Shown here one piece after another: positions 11,684 to 24,621 of a stretch of 64,000 nt of DNA. The notes under the pieces were generated by a model. It worked only from the letters and a program-made list of their open reading frames with translations. It ran no database searches and had not been told where the DNA came from. The position numbers were made by a program, and so were the translations under genes. Each line of letters starts with the position of its first letter. Positions within the stretch are counted from its first letter, which is position 1. Source of the stretch: a virus; IMG/VR virus record IMGVR_UViG_3300031521_000021, positions 32,001 through 96,000 of that record; one strand, given 5' to 3'.

Positions 11684-12211
11684 ATGGGAAGAACATTAAC
11701 AAACGAATATATTAAGAAAGGGGATTATTATGAACTGCATATAAATGGTAGTATACATGGTAATAAAATAATAAAAATTGATTTTGATAGTTTAGAACAA
11801 GTCAAACAATATCACTGGGGTATTATTAAAGCTTGTAGATGCGATAAAGTATATTATTATGCTATGGCTTTAAGAGGAATGTTATTACATAGGTTTATAA
11901 TGAATGTAACAGATAGATTCGACATAGTAGACCATAAAAACGGTGATACCTTTGACGATAGGAAAGATAATTTAAAGGTATGTTCACAAAAAGAAAATGT
12001 TAGAAAATCAGAATTAAGTCTGAATAATACAAGTGGACATGTTGGAGTTTGTTGGTATAAGAATACTGGACAATGGCTATCATACATAATGGTAAATAGA
12101 AAAATTAAAAATCTTGGTTATTTTGACGATATTAATGAAGCTATAAAAGTAAGAGAAGAAGCAGAAATTACATATTTTGGTGAGTTTATACCACTAAAAA
12201 AGATAAATTAA
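11684..12211 (+). CDS. HNH homing endonuclease with AP2 domain
   Basis: LHRFIM...VDHKNGDTFDDRKDNL...EN; NTSGHVGV.W...W..YI.VN.K..NLGYF....EA...R..AE. Confidence 0.9.
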   Translation: MGRTLTNEYIKKGDYYELHINGSIHGNKIIKIDFDSLEQVKQYHWGIIKACRCDKVYYYAMALRGMLLHRFIMNVTDRFDIVDHKNGDTFDDRKDNLKVCSQKENVRKSELSLNNTSGHVGVCWYKNTGQWLSYIMVNRKIKNLGYFDDINEAIKVREEAEITYFGEFIPLKKIN

Positions 12212-12339
12212 AAACCCAATAAACTGATTATTTTAATCGAATATTATTTATATTAATTTGTTTAAATAGTTCTTGACTTACTATGTGATAAGAGTATAAT
12301 ATAGTTATAGGAACAAATTAATAAAAAATAAAAAGGAGT

Positions 12340-15183
12340 TTGATATATATGGAATTAGATTTATATTTTAAATTAAAAGAAGCGTATGAAACAACTACTG
12401 CAAATTTTAATAGATTTGAAAAGGCTATACATAAAATAAAATGGGATAAAAATTTTGAAGCAGATGGCGAAACATACTTTGTAAAAGGTAGATTTAGCTT
12501 AACTATTGAAAATATAAATCCATTTAAAGAACAATGGAAACCAACAGTTTTCACTTCTGATAATTCAATATTAGAATTTTAAGAGACTAGAGTAATCTAG
12601 TTTCTTTTATAAAATAAATTAAGAAAGAGAGTGTAAAAAATGAATAGAGAAGAAATCACAAGTAAATTACAAATAAAAAATATTGATGGTTTAAAGTTTG
12701 GAAATAATAAGGCTTATTGTATGCCTAAAGGATATGCCTTATATCATCCACAATTAGGATTTATAGGGTTAGGAAACAAGAACGAAGAATTCAACATTGA
12801 TTTACCTTATACGCCATGTGGAGGACGTAAGGCATTAAAGAGTATAATTGACGAAGGTGGCTTATTAACTTATGATAGTAATGAAGTAACATGGATAAAA
12901 TCATTAAATTAAAATAGGAGATGGAATTATGAATAATAATGAAAGAAAAATAGAGGTGTCAGTTACACCTCATCCTTGGGATAATAAAGATAATCCATAT
13001 TTTTGGTGTATATTGGATTGGGATAATAAAAATAAAACTTGGTTTAATAATGGTTTTGGATGGAGTAAATCAATAGAACTAGCATTTAAAGATGCAACCG
13101 ACTATTTAGAAAAATATAAAAATTAGTAAACTGGATTCACTCCAGTTTATCTTTTTGATGAAATATAATTGAAAATAATAATCAATAACAACTTAAAACA
13201 TAAGTTTTAAAAGAATTTTATCGAACAGTTCCTTTATTAATTTATTAAAAAGTTTAAAAAACCTATTGTAATATGATGTAGATATGGTATAATTATATTA
13301 ACAACAAGGAACAAATTAATAAATACATAGGAGTGAATTGTAATGGAAAGAAGTAATAAATTATCAGAGTTAACAGAAAGAGAAAATGCAATATTATGTT
13401 TTGGTGATAGATTTTATGAAGCAAACGATCACCAACGTGCGTTACAAAACGCTTTGGAAAATGAAAATATAGAAATAGACTATGAAGATGTTGTTAAGTG
13501 CAAAGGAATAGAAAAAGAATATGGAATGTGTGCAATGAATCATTATGTAATAAATATAAATAGTGAGGAAGATTACTTAATAATACAAGCAACAGAATAT
13601 TTTAAAAATATAAAATGGAAAGCATTAAAAGAATTATGGGATGAATATAAAATGAGAACAAAAGGTTATTCTAAGTTAAGAATTGGATATTGTTTAAATT
13701 ATCGTGATGACAATAATTGTTTTAAAACATTGTTTATAGTGACAGGAAATTTTTCGGAATTTAAAAAAGAAGTAAAAGCTAAACTAAAAGATAAATCAAA
13801 TAAACTAATTCAAAATTTTGGCGATATTAAATTAAGTTTGGAAGAAGTAAATAAATGTATATCTTATAACTAGTTGTCTTGTTAAATTATTAATTTTAAT
13901 TCTCGTTAATTTCTATTAATTTATTTCAAAAAGATATTTACAAACAAATTAATATATGTTAAAATAAATTTATCAGCTAATAGAAAATAAAATATAGGAG
14001 TGGTGATAAATGAAAAAAATTAGAGTAACAAATAGTAATCCAGCAGAAGGTCAAACAGGTTTAGAGGAATACATAGGAATGGAATTTGATACAGTTGAAA
14101 CATGGAAAACTAGAAATACAACTTTAGAAGATGGTCAAGTAGGTGTGGTATTAAGATGCAAGAATGATTTAAACCCAAAAGGACAATGGAGCATATTGAA
14201 TAAAGGTGAATATGAATTTATATAGAAGGAATTGAGGTTGTAGAAATACAACTTCTTTTTACAAATAGTAAATTAATCAAGTAGGAGGGGGACAAGATGT
14301 TAAGAGGAAGAGATAAAGAACTATATAAAAAATACAATATTGATCCAGATATTATTAATTGCAATACATACTTGGTACAAGACGAATATGGATTTGTTCA
14401 AAAACATGGAATTGAAATGGAAATAATCCCATTAAAAATAAGTATTAAGTGTGATATGTCAGATTCAATTACATTCAATTTTAAAAGATGCTTAATGATG
14501 GTTAGATGTATATTAGATAAGTATAATATATAACCTTAAATTAAATCTAGAATCAATTCTAAGGAATAACAGGATAGATCATATTACTATACAATTAAAC
14601 ATGCCCAGAGAGTCTATAAAGGGTAATGGAGTATTTATAAAATAAGAATTTTAAGTGGTGCTTTGTTATATTAATTTATTAAAATAGTTCTTGACTAAAA
14701 TCTGTATTAAGCTTATAATAAATATAACAAGTAAAACAAATTAAGCTAAAGGAGAGATTGATTATGGCTAGTAAAAATTTACAATATAAAGTTAATGGAG
14801 TACCTAACAAAGAGGATATAGAAAATTTTGATAAGGATAGTTCAATATTCTATAGATTTCAAAATCCTTATAATAGATTAACTAGTCGTAGCCAATCTTG
14901 GGGCATGATTTTTGGATCAAAGGCAGAAGCATTAAGAGATTGTGAAGAATGGGGAATGACAAAAGAGGAAGCTATACTAAATGGGAAATCATGTATGTTA
15001 ACTTTTGATGAGATTTTAAATTTCTCTAGTGAATTTTCTTATGATGATGTATTATTAATTTTTGAAGGTAGTGAAACAAATGAAACTGGACATGATGGTG
15101 AATTAGTAGCTACATATTATAAAAAAATTGCAGTATGGAATAAAATAGATGTATCAAATTATGCTAATAAAATTTATGAATAA
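12340..15183 (+). other. Short hypothetical early genes (12340, 12640, 12929, 13343, 14010, 14297, 14758) in separate promoter units
   Basis: Each unit has a sigma-A-like promoter, RBS and often a terminator hairpin. Confidence 0.7.
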
Positions 15184-15249
15184 AATTGTTTAAAATGATT
15201 AGTAAAAATAATTGCTAATCATTTTTTATTATTGTAAAATTAAGCAAGG

Positions 15250-15951
15250 GTGATAAAAATGAGTAGTAGCAAAGATTTAACAGGAAGTACAATAGGAAAC
15301 TTTGAATTGCTAGAGAGAAAGAGAGAAGATAAGCGCACATATTATTATTGTAAATGTAAATTATGTGATAATAAGAAATGGATAAGAGCAGACAGTTTGA
15401 AAGATAAAAGAATTAAGTCTTGTGGTTGTTATAATAATGAAAATAATTTATATAAAGCCAAAGATATTAAAAATAATAAATATGGAAGACTTATTGCATT
15501 GGAACTAACAAAAGAAAGGGTTAAGGATAATGGAAGTATAATTTGGAAATGTAAATGTGATTGTGAAAACATATGTTATGTATCAGAAAAAGATTTAGAA
15601 GGTAATAAAGTTAAAAGTTGTGGTTGTTTAGGAAATGAAAATTCTAAAATTAATATGCAAAAGGCTATTAAGGTACATCTAAAAGAGAATATAGTAGAAG
15701 GAACAAATATACCAGTAATAAGTAGAACAACGCTTAAATCGAATAATACAAGTGGTGTAACAGGTGTACAATGGGACAGTAGTAGGAATAAATGGAGAGC
15801 AACTATAACATTTAAGAAAAAAATTTATCATTTGGGTAGGTTTGAAAAAGATAAGAAAAACGATGCAATTAAAATTAGAAAAGAAGCAGAGAAAAAATTG
15901 TTTGGTGAGTTCTTAGAATGGTATGAAAGTATTAAAAATAAGGAGTTATAG
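15250..15951 (+). CDS. AP2-domain protein with repeated CxC...KSCGC modules (homing-endonuclease-associated)
   Basis: Two C.C..C...KSCGC repeats; NNTSGVTGV.W....KWRA.I.FKKK.YHLGRF...A...RKEAE. Confidence 0.85.
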   Translation: MIKMSSSKDLTGSTIGNFELLERKREDKRTYYYCKCKLCDNKKWIRADSLKDKRIKSCGCYNNENNLYKAKDIKNNKYGRLIALELTKERVKDNGSIIWKCKCDCENICYVSEKDLEGNKVKSCGCLGNENSKINMQKAIKVHLKENIVEGTNIPVISRTTLKSNNTSGVTGVQWDSSRNKWRATITFKKKIYHLGRFEKDKKNDAIKIRKEAEKKLFGEFLEWYESIKNKEL

Positions 15952-16826
15952 AAATATAAGTCCTTATTTAACCAGAACTAAATGAGAATGGAAACCAATT
16001 AAAAGTCAACTTTTATTTAAACTTTATTCTATTAATTTGTTGACAATGTATTGTATATTTGATATACTAGTATCAAGAAGTTAAACAAATTAAAAATAAT
16101 TAAAAGGCGGTATAAATTATGGAAAAAGTAAATTATGTTTTAGATGTAAAGAATTTAAATGAAGATGTAAAAGAGATGTTATTATCTTATGGTGGAGATT
16201 ACTGCAAAGATGATGTAAAAGTTGATGCTGAACAATACAACGTTATTATTACTCAATACATAGGAGAAGACGAATATAGATTTTATGGATTCAAGGTAGA
16301 AGGTAATATATATATTGGTAGAGTTCAATATATATCAGGATTTCCTAAAGATATGTATATAGATGAGTTCTTTAATTTTGGTCAAGTAATGTAATAAATT
16401 ATAATTATGAATGGAGTAGATAAATATGAAAGATAATAAATATATAGATTTTGATTTTGAAGGTTCAGCAAGTTACAATTGTGTTATGAGTGCAACAAAT
16501 GAACAATTATTAAATAGATTACCATATACAAAATACGCTGTAGAATATCATATAAAAGAAAATAATTTAGGACAAGTTAAATTCTTTACAGATGAACTAA
16601 ATCTAATTAAGAAAAAATTAAAACTATCATAAAGAACTCGAAAGGGTTCTTTTATTTTACTTAAAATATAATTGAAAACAATAATCAATATCCTTATAAA
16701 TACTCAGTTTTAATTGATTGTAGTTATGTTAATTTATTAAATATATGTTGCAATTGGTAAAGTATAGTAGTAAAATAAACTTGTACAATAAATTAAATAA
16801 ATTAAATGAAAGAAGGAGATACATAA

Positions 16827-17732
16827 ATGGAAAATGAAAATACACAAATTAAATGGGAAATCACAAAAGGTAATAAAGTTGAGTTATTAAACAATCATGT
16901 AGAAATTGAGGAATTATATGGAGGTTTTGGTTTTAAGGCAAGAATATTAACAGTACCACAAATTGCTAAATTACATGTTGATGATCCAAATAATAAAACC
17001 CAAATACAAGAAATGATAAAACTAATAAATAAAAATATTAATAATAATATAATATTGTCAAGTGGAGAAACTTATTTTGAATTTGGCATAGATATTATTG
17101 ATTTAAAACAGGGGAATGAGAATCACCTGTTTTCAGACTTAAAGAAAGCCAAGATATATACTCAGGCACAGATTGGAAATGCAAAGAATTTGTATATATT
17201 ATCAGAACAAGGTTACTCACTATTAATTAATTTAATGACGGATGCGAAATCTAAAATTATATATAAAAGTGTAATTAGAGATTACTTTAGGATGAAAGAA
17301 ATACTTTTAACTTCTGACGATACACAACAATACATGATGCGTTTAATGGGTATCAAGGAAAGAAAGAAAATGACGGATACAATTAAATACTATATAGATA
17401 GAGGTGATTTAGTAGAAACTAAATATTATCATCCTTATGCTTCAGAAACTAATTATATATACAAATTATTATTTAATATGACAAAAGATGAAATAGTAAA
17501 CTTTTTAGGTATAACCTTTAAAAACACTAATGATACATTAAGAAATTATCTATGTTATGATGATGTATCTGAAATAATGGATATTGAAAATAGAGTTTCA
17601 ATATATCAAGAAGATGGAAAAAGTTATGAAGAAATTAAAAGTAAATTAAAAAAACTATATACAATAACTAGAGTTCCGAAACTTGGAGAAAAAGACAATA
17701 CATTCATTAAACAACTATTGTTAAGAGGTTAA
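16827..17732 (+). CDS. ORF6N-domain antirepressor-like protein
   Basis: GGFG...ILT..QIA.LH...IN..IN.N...F..GIDIIDLK...YILSEQGY..L...M.D..S......RDYF.M. Confidence 0.7.
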   Translation: MENENTQIKWEITKGNKVELLNNHVEIEELYGGFGFKARILTVPQIAKLHVDDPNNKTQIQEMIKLINKNINNNIILSSGETYFEFGIDIIDLKQGNENHLFSDLKKAKIYTQAQIGNAKNLYILSEQGYSLLINLMTDAKSKIIYKSVIRDYFRMKEILLTSDDTQQYMMRLMGIKERKKMTDTIKYYIDRGDLVETKYYHPYASETNYIYKLLFNMTKDEIVNFLGITFKNTNDTLRNYLCYDDVSEIMDIENRVSIYQEDGKSYEEIKSKLKKLYTITRVPKLGEKDNTFIKQLLLRG

Positions 17733-17736
17733 ACTA

Positions 17737-20700
17737 ATGAGAATAACTAAAGTAAATAATAATATACTAAAGATAACAGACAAAGATAATATACAATATT
17801 TAGTATGTAGAGATGTTGATAAATTAAGAGAAGATAGAAGTTATTTTAATAGTGTAATTAGAAGACATTTACAAGAAATAAAAGCAAAATATATATTAAT
17901 GGCTTCAAAATCATTTTATGAATATGTTTTTCTTTTATATGATGATAGAGAAAAGTTTATAAAAGCATGTTGTGAACCTTCATCATTAAGATTAAATAGA
18001 GATGATTTATTAAAAATAGAATAGATGATAATTATTAAGAACCTTAGAAATAGGGTTCTTATGTTTTTGTAACTGAAAACAATAATTAATAACCAATTAA
18101 AAAACTTATTTTATTAAAAAATAATTCTGTTAATTCATTGAAAAGTATTGACTTAAAAGGACATTAGATTTATACTATATATAACAAGTAACAAATTAAT
18201 AATAAATGCTACCTACTCAATTGAGAGGTTAAAGCTTACATAAGGGAGTTTGATATTTATGAAAAATTTAGAAATGATTAAAAAAATGGTTGCAGAAGAT
18301 GTTCAAGAAGCTATGGATAAACTAATAGGAGTTTTAATAGAGTTAGAAGATGAAGATATGATTGACTCAGAAGAAGTTTTTTATAATAAATATTCAAATG
18401 GTGGGTTTTTCAAGTGTGAAGGAGTTATAACAAGTGATGATTTATATTTAACAGATAGATGTTATTATGAATATGAAGAAAACGAAAATGGTTCAATATT
18501 AGTTAAAGAGATAACAAAAGAATCTATAATGAATACTATAACAGAAATTGAAAATATACTAAAAGTTGCTTAATAGATAGGAACTGTTTTATAAAGTCCT
18601 TGTTTTAACTGGTTATTATTTTTTGTTAATTTATCAAAAAAAGTATTGAAATAAATAAATTAATAGAGTGTAATAAAGACATAAACATAGGATACATATG
18701 GAAGATTTAGAAAATATGATATAATAAAATTTAAGGAGTGATTAATAATGAGTAAAGTATTAATTCAATCAATTCAAGGGACTAAAATAACAGAAGTAGA
18801 AGGAAGTTTAAAAGAAGGGTATTCAAATATTTCTTATATTAAAGTAACTGATTTAGAAACAGGAAAAGAACTTGATTGGAAATTAGGTGTGTTCACACAA
18901 GGAAAGGGACAGGTTCTTACAAGAGAAGAAGCAGAGCAATTAAATAAAGATTATGGATTTATGTATTTAAATATTAACCCATATAAAGAAGATAATGATC
19001 TAACTGCAATATCATTATTAACTAAATTAGGTTATATCAGAGATTGGGATGTGGACGAATATGACAATAGATATCAAGAATATTTTGAGGGATATATTGT
19101 CATAGGGGAAATAGAATTAGAACAAGCTAAGAAGTTATCACAAGAATATCAAAAAGAATGTTATGTATATTAGAACTGGGGATAAAAACCAGTTCTTTTA
19201 TTTTGTTAAATCTATAATTTTATCTGTTGAATAAATAATATATACTTGGATATAAATTTAATATATAATTTAGTTATTATAAGGTGGTGAAATAATCAAT
19301 GACAATATTAATTAAAAATATCAATAATAGATGGGTGTATGATAATTTTATTCGAAAAACAGACTCACCAATATCTGAACAAAAAGAAAAAATGAATAAT
19401 TATTTAGAGCATGGATTAATAGATTTGATTTCTAAACATGTAAAGAAAGAATTTGATATAATACCTAAAAGGTTAGCTGTAGAATTTTTAGAGTCAGAGA
19501 ATGCTTTTAAAATAATTAGAATAGGAGTGCTATAACATTTAAGACTATCAGAAAATAAAATCTGTTAGTCTTTTATTGTGTTTGATAGTCTTAAACAACA
19601 AAACCGACTCACTACAATGTATCAGATTCAATTATAAGCCATATAGGTATATACTAAGACCTTTAAAATTTAAAACGCTTATACGGTCAATATGGGTTAT
19701 ATTTGTATTAGATTACATATAGTGTTGATAAAGCCAGTATTTTTAGCAGTAAAAAAAATAATTTAAAATATTTAAACAAATTAACAGAAAAAGTATTGTA
19801 TTATTATATATGATATGTTATACTTATATCAGAAGTTAAGTAACAGATAAAAAATAATTCTAAGGGGTTGGAAGTTATGAAGAGAATAGTTGATAGAGAC
19901 AAATGTGCAAAGTACATAGCAAAAAATAGTTTTTGTACATTCGAAAGAGCAAAAGATTATATAGATAATGGTGTTGAAACTTTAACATGGCTTAATATAA
20001 AACCTATAAAATGGGGAAAGTTTGAAATAGAATATAAGTAAGGGTGGGGAAGAAAAGTGAATAAAGTATATTCTGCATATTTAAATGAAGAACCAGTTAA
20101 AAAATTTGAAATATCTGAAAATGAATCAATTGAAACTGTTTATAAAAATTTTACAGAATACGGAATTAAAAAACTATCAGGTCATGTAGATTATTTTTAT
20201 GATGAATCCATTGAAGTAGGTAAGTTTTACTTAAGTAATGGAGTAGATAAATTATTCTTAAAAGAAGAAAAGTAATTATATTAAAATAAATATAAAAGAG
20301 GTTGATATATTATGATTTTAGAAAATAAATTTAGTAAAAATAGAAGTAGTATGGATTTAGAATATGATGAATTAGTTTATTTGTTGGATGATGCTGTATC
20401 AAAGAAATATGGAGTTTGGAAACAAAATGTTCCTATGAGTATAATTAAATATGTTTCAAGAAAATCAGAATTACTACCAAATGGAATGAGATAATAGGGG
20501 AAATAATTTTTAAAATTGAAGGAGTGTATTGATATGTATAAACAATTTGAGAATATAGAAATTTTAATAAAAGAAAATAAATTACAAGAAACCATTCAAA
20601 GTATGTTTATCTTAGCTAATGACTATACCGAGAAAACTAATGGATGGGAAAATAAAGAAGAAAATATGTGCGATAGATTATGTGGGGTATTTGCAGATAA

Positions 20701-21436
20701 AGAAACACTTGCTGGTATTATTGAACTTTATAAATATAAAGTATCTAAAAAGAGCGAAATCCAAAATGTCAATGATTTAGAAAATGATATATGTTACACA
20801 TGGGATTATCCAACCAAAAGGACAATTGGAATTAGTAATGTCACTGATAAAATGCTTTATAATGTACTAGATTACATGAAGAATTTTGTTGCAAACAGGT
20901 CTTAAAATATCTATTTTATGGTAAAGTTGGGTTTGAAAAATAGGGCATAAACGAGATATGAAAGGTTAAAAATCCATTAAAACAAATTAAGATAAATATA
21001 AAAAATAAATATTGACATGATTTGGTTAGTATGATAATATAATGGTAACAAGTTAAATAAATTAATTGAATGGAGAGTGCTACATATGAGTATGTATAAA
21101 TTTTTAAATAGTGAAGAAAAAATAGTAAAGGTAAATTTAAAATCTTTCAAGGAAGCAAAAGAGTATGCAGAAAAAAATAATTTAGTATCATTAACTATGG
21201 ATTATGAAAATTTTATAAAAGCATTTGATGATAAGATTAATAAATTAAAAGAACATGAAAAATATAACGATTTATTAATAATCACAGAACAAGCAAAATC
21301 AGATAATACAATGGGAGGAAGTACTGCAATTATAGCTCATGACTTTATAAAAAGAATTATAACTATGCCACTAGAGTATATTAAAGGTTGGTTAGATGAA
21401 AAAAATAATCTTGAATGGTTAGCAGACTACAAATAA
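17737..21436 (+). other. Short hypothetical genes (17737, 18250, 18748, 19299, 20057, 20312, 20516, 21077)
   Basis: RBS-preceded plus-strand ORFs, mostly with their own promoters. Confidence 0.65.
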
Positions 21437-21638
21437 AAAAATAATTTTGGTTGAAGTAGTATTACTTACCACTTGGTTTATAATCTTTCCAAGAGAATCG
21501 AAAAGATGTTTCTATACATAGGACAATCCTATTTGATATAGATTTAGAGTATAGTTCTAGAAAAAATAATTTTGGAATTATATTCTTTAAATAAAAAATA
21601 TTAAAAATAAATTAAGAGAATGAAGGAGAAATGGAACT

Positions 21639-22247
21639 ATGAAAGAATTAATAATACCAGTGAAATTTGAAAAAGGTGATACAATTTATACAACAAAACA
21701 AGTTAAAGAAGAAAAGGTTTGTCATATATGTGAAGGGAATAAGATAATTACATATAAGGATAAAGAAATGAGATGCCCTGAATGTAATGGACAAGGTGAA
21801 ATTACTTTAAGCAAAATTACTAATATAGTTATTGATGAACCATACGTAATATCATCAACTAAAATAAGCATGAGTAGTAGTGGTATTACTAATGTAAAAT
21901 ATCATGGTTATTGTGGTAGTACTAGACTAAACAGGTCTGATGTAAATTTATTTGCAACAAAAGAAGAAGCGCAGTCAAGATGTGACGAGTTAAATAAAGA
22001 AAAAATTTCTATCAATATTGCTGATATTATAATTCAAGATTCATTTTCACAACCATCAATAGAAAAAATTTCTGATAGATTAAATTATTATAAAGAACAT
22101 GGTAAATTTGAAAAAGATATTACAATCAATAAAGAAAAAATATTATTGGATGGTTATATAACATATTTACTTTGCAAGCTATTAAATATTAGCAGTCCAG
22201 TTAGGGCAATAGTTGAAGAAACTCCAGTAATAGGTTGTAGAATATAA
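21639..22247 (+). CDS. Protein with DnaJ-type CxxCxGxG zinc finger and C-terminal ParB/Srx-like motif
   Basis: CHICEG, CPECNGQG; ITIN...LLDGYITYL. Confidence 0.55.
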   Translation: MKELIIPVKFEKGDTIYTTKQVKEEKVCHICEGNKIITYKDKEMRCPECNGQGEITLSKITNIVIDEPYVISSTKISMSSSGITNVKYHGYCGSTRLNRSDVNLFATKEEAQSRCDELNKEKISINIADIIIQDSFSQPSIEKISDRLNYYKEHGKFEKDITINKEKILLDGYITYLLCKLLNISSPVRAIVEETPVIGCRI

Positions 22248-22342
22248 TATGTAGATTATATTTAAGAGTATATTTAGTTGGTACTCTTATGTAAGCATAT
22301 TAAAAAATATGTTAATAAATTAATAGATAGAAAGGAGACAAA

Positions 22343-23788
22343 ATGGGTAAAAAGAAAACTATTGAATTATCTGAAAATCAACTCGATAGTATTAAATCAG
22401 AAATATTAGAATGTAAAAGTAATATGGAAGATAATATATTAACTATTGGTAATTTACTTTTAAAAGTAAAATCAGCTTTAGGTCATGGATATTTTGGAGA
22501 ATGGTTAGAAAATGAAGTAGAATTTACACAAAGGTCAGCAAATAGATTTATGAAAACAGCAACAGAATTTTCAAATTCGCCAACGTTGTCTAATTTGGGA
22601 AAATCAAAAATGTTTGCTCTACTAGATATTAAAAAATATGATAGAGAAGATTTTATTAATGCAACCTATGAAATTGATGGAGAAGAAAAAACAGTGCAAG
22701 AAATGTCTGTAAGAGAACTAAATCAAGTAATAAAAGAGTATAAACAAGCTAATAAAAAGACTAAAAAAGATGACCAAGAAGACATACAAACTCCAACCGA
22801 TTTAATAATTCAGGAGGATATTTCTGATATTTGGGAAGATACAATAAGCTTAAATAAAGAATTACATATGAGAGTCGGCAGTGATGAAGACTTAGAAACA
22901 ACTTTAATTGCTAGATATAATGCAAATGAAATAACACATCAACAATTAATAGATGTAGTTGCTAAAGAAAAATTAAATTTACCTATTTTCTTTTATAAAG
23001 ATTCTTTAGAAGAATATTTAGATAGAAAGGATTATTATTCAGATTATGAACATTATGGAGATAAAAAATATTATAGCTTATTTGTCAAAGAGTTTGAATG
23101 GCAAGAAGCTATAAAATGTTATGATGAAAAAGAAGAAGATTCTATTGACTGGAGTAATAATAATCATGTAGGCAATAATTTATATCAACTTTCAGAAGCT
23201 TATGATGACAATGGATATGTGCATCTTTGCATATATAGAGATTATAGGTTACAAGGTGCGTTTTTAGATGGAGATTTAGACAATATAAAGGCTTTATGTA
23301 ATTATGACAATAACTTAGACTATGAACAATTAAAAGTCTTATATGAACAGCTAGAACAACAAATAAAGGGATATAAAGAAAGAAATATTATAAGAGAAGC
23401 AAAAGAGCAACAAGGACGAGAAAAGAAATATAAAGAACAAGAAAAATATAGAGAAGTACAAGAAAACTGGAAGACTAATTATCAAGTGTGGGCTTTTGGA
23501 AAATGGACTTTTGAAAGCATATGGGATAAAAATGGTAATGTGTACGATTATAAAGCATGGAATGATATGTCAACTTTTGTAAATGAACAAAGAACAAAAG
23601 CTTATAAGGATACATGGTCAAATATGTTAGGTGGTTCTAATTCATTAGTTATATATAATGAGGAAGAAAAAAACGTTGCAATAAAAATGAAGAGATTACT
23701 TTTTCGAAACTTTCACCCTGATGTATTTAAAGATGGGAATGGTCAAGAGATTGATTTAATAAATAAAATATTTAAAAATATAGAATAA
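22343..23788 (+). CDS. DUF3102-domain protein with C-terminal J-domain-like HPD motif
   Basis: IG..L..VK..LGHG.F.EWL..EVEFTQRSANRFM; MSVREL; C-terminal RLLFRNFHPDV. Confidence 0.75.
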   Translation: MGKKKTIELSENQLDSIKSEILECKSNMEDNILTIGNLLLKVKSALGHGYFGEWLENEVEFTQRSANRFMKTATEFSNSPTLSNLGKSKMFALLDIKKYDREDFINATYEIDGEEKTVQEMSVRELNQVIKEYKQANKKTKKDDQEDIQTPTDLIIQEDISDIWEDTISLNKELHMRVGSDEDLETTLIARYNANEITHQQLIDVVAKEKLNLPIFFYKDSLEEYLDRKDYYSDYEHYGDKKYYSLFVKEFEWQEAIKCYDEKEEDSIDWSNNNHVGNNLYQLSEAYDDNGYVHLCIYRDYRLQGAFLDGDLDNIKALCNYDNNLDYEQLKVLYEQLEQQIKGYKERNIIREAKEQQGREKKYKEQEKYREVQENWKTNYQVWAFGKWTFESIWDKNGNVYDYKAWNDMSTFVNEQRTKAYKDTWSNMLGGSNSLVIYNEEEKNVAIKMKRLLFRNFHPDVFKDGNGQEIDLINKIFKNIE

Positions 23789-23802
23789 AATAAAAAGGGG
23801 AA

Positions 23803-24621
23803 ATGAAAAAAATGAATAAACAAGTATTAAATGTGGAAAAGGAAACTGTAACAACGATAACAAGTGTGGAACTAGTAGAAATTATAAACGAATTTAGAAT
23901 GATTGAAAATGAAGCTACTGGGAAAAAATATACTGAATTAAGACATGATAGTTTTATGACAAAAATAAAAAAAGAGTTAGAAGTATTGAAATCAGTAGGT
24001 TTAAGTGCCGACCAAAATATTTTGGAGGGCGAATATACTGATAAAAACAATCAATTAAGACCATGTTTCTTACTTAATGCAAGTGGGATGAGAACTATGT
24101 TAAATTCAGAATCAACAATTGTCAGGGCTAAAACGGAACAATACATAAACAAATTAGAAAAACAAATTGAAGAATTAACTCAAAAGGATAAATTATATAT
24201 AGATTTAGGCAGAACTGGTGGAAGCAAAGCAATACTAATACATAAAGAATTAGCTGAAATTGAGATAAGTGAAGCAGTTGAAAAAGAAAAAGATGGGAAT
24301 GATAGAATACTAAATGGGGGACAAGTTGTAAAAGAATTAAAAATACCTTATTTAAATACTACAATTTTAAACGAATGGTTCTCTATAAATAATTTCGGAA
24401 CAATGGTTAAAATTAATGGATCTAAAAATAGAACATTCCAACCTAGTCAAAAATTCTTAGATATAATTGCAAAAAGTGGATATTGTTTAACTGGTAAAAC
24501 ACAAAAACAAGATAAAATAAAAGTTGTGTATACAAAAACTCTAGTAGATTATTTATTAGAAAATAGTATAGACAGTATTAAAAGATATACATTTGCTAAA
24601 ACTGGAAAAGAAATTGCATAA
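23803..24621 (+). CDS. Rha-like phage regulatory/antirepressor protein
   Basis: ITSVELVE.IN..R.......LRHD.F..KI..ELE; Y.D.NNQ.RPCF.L. Confidence 0.7.
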   Translation: MKKMNKQVLNVEKETVTTITSVELVEIINEFRMIENEATGKKYTELRHDSFMTKIKKELEVLKSVGLSADQNILEGEYTDKNNQLRPCFLLNASGMRTMLNSESTIVRAKTEQYINKLEKQIEELTQKDKLYIDLGRTGGSKAILIHKELAEIEISEAVEKEKDGNDRILNGGQVVKELKIPYLNTTILNEWFSINNFGTMVKINGSKNRTFQPSQKFLDIIAKSGYCLTGKTQKQDKIKVVYTKTLVDYLLENSIDSIKRYTFAKTGKEIA

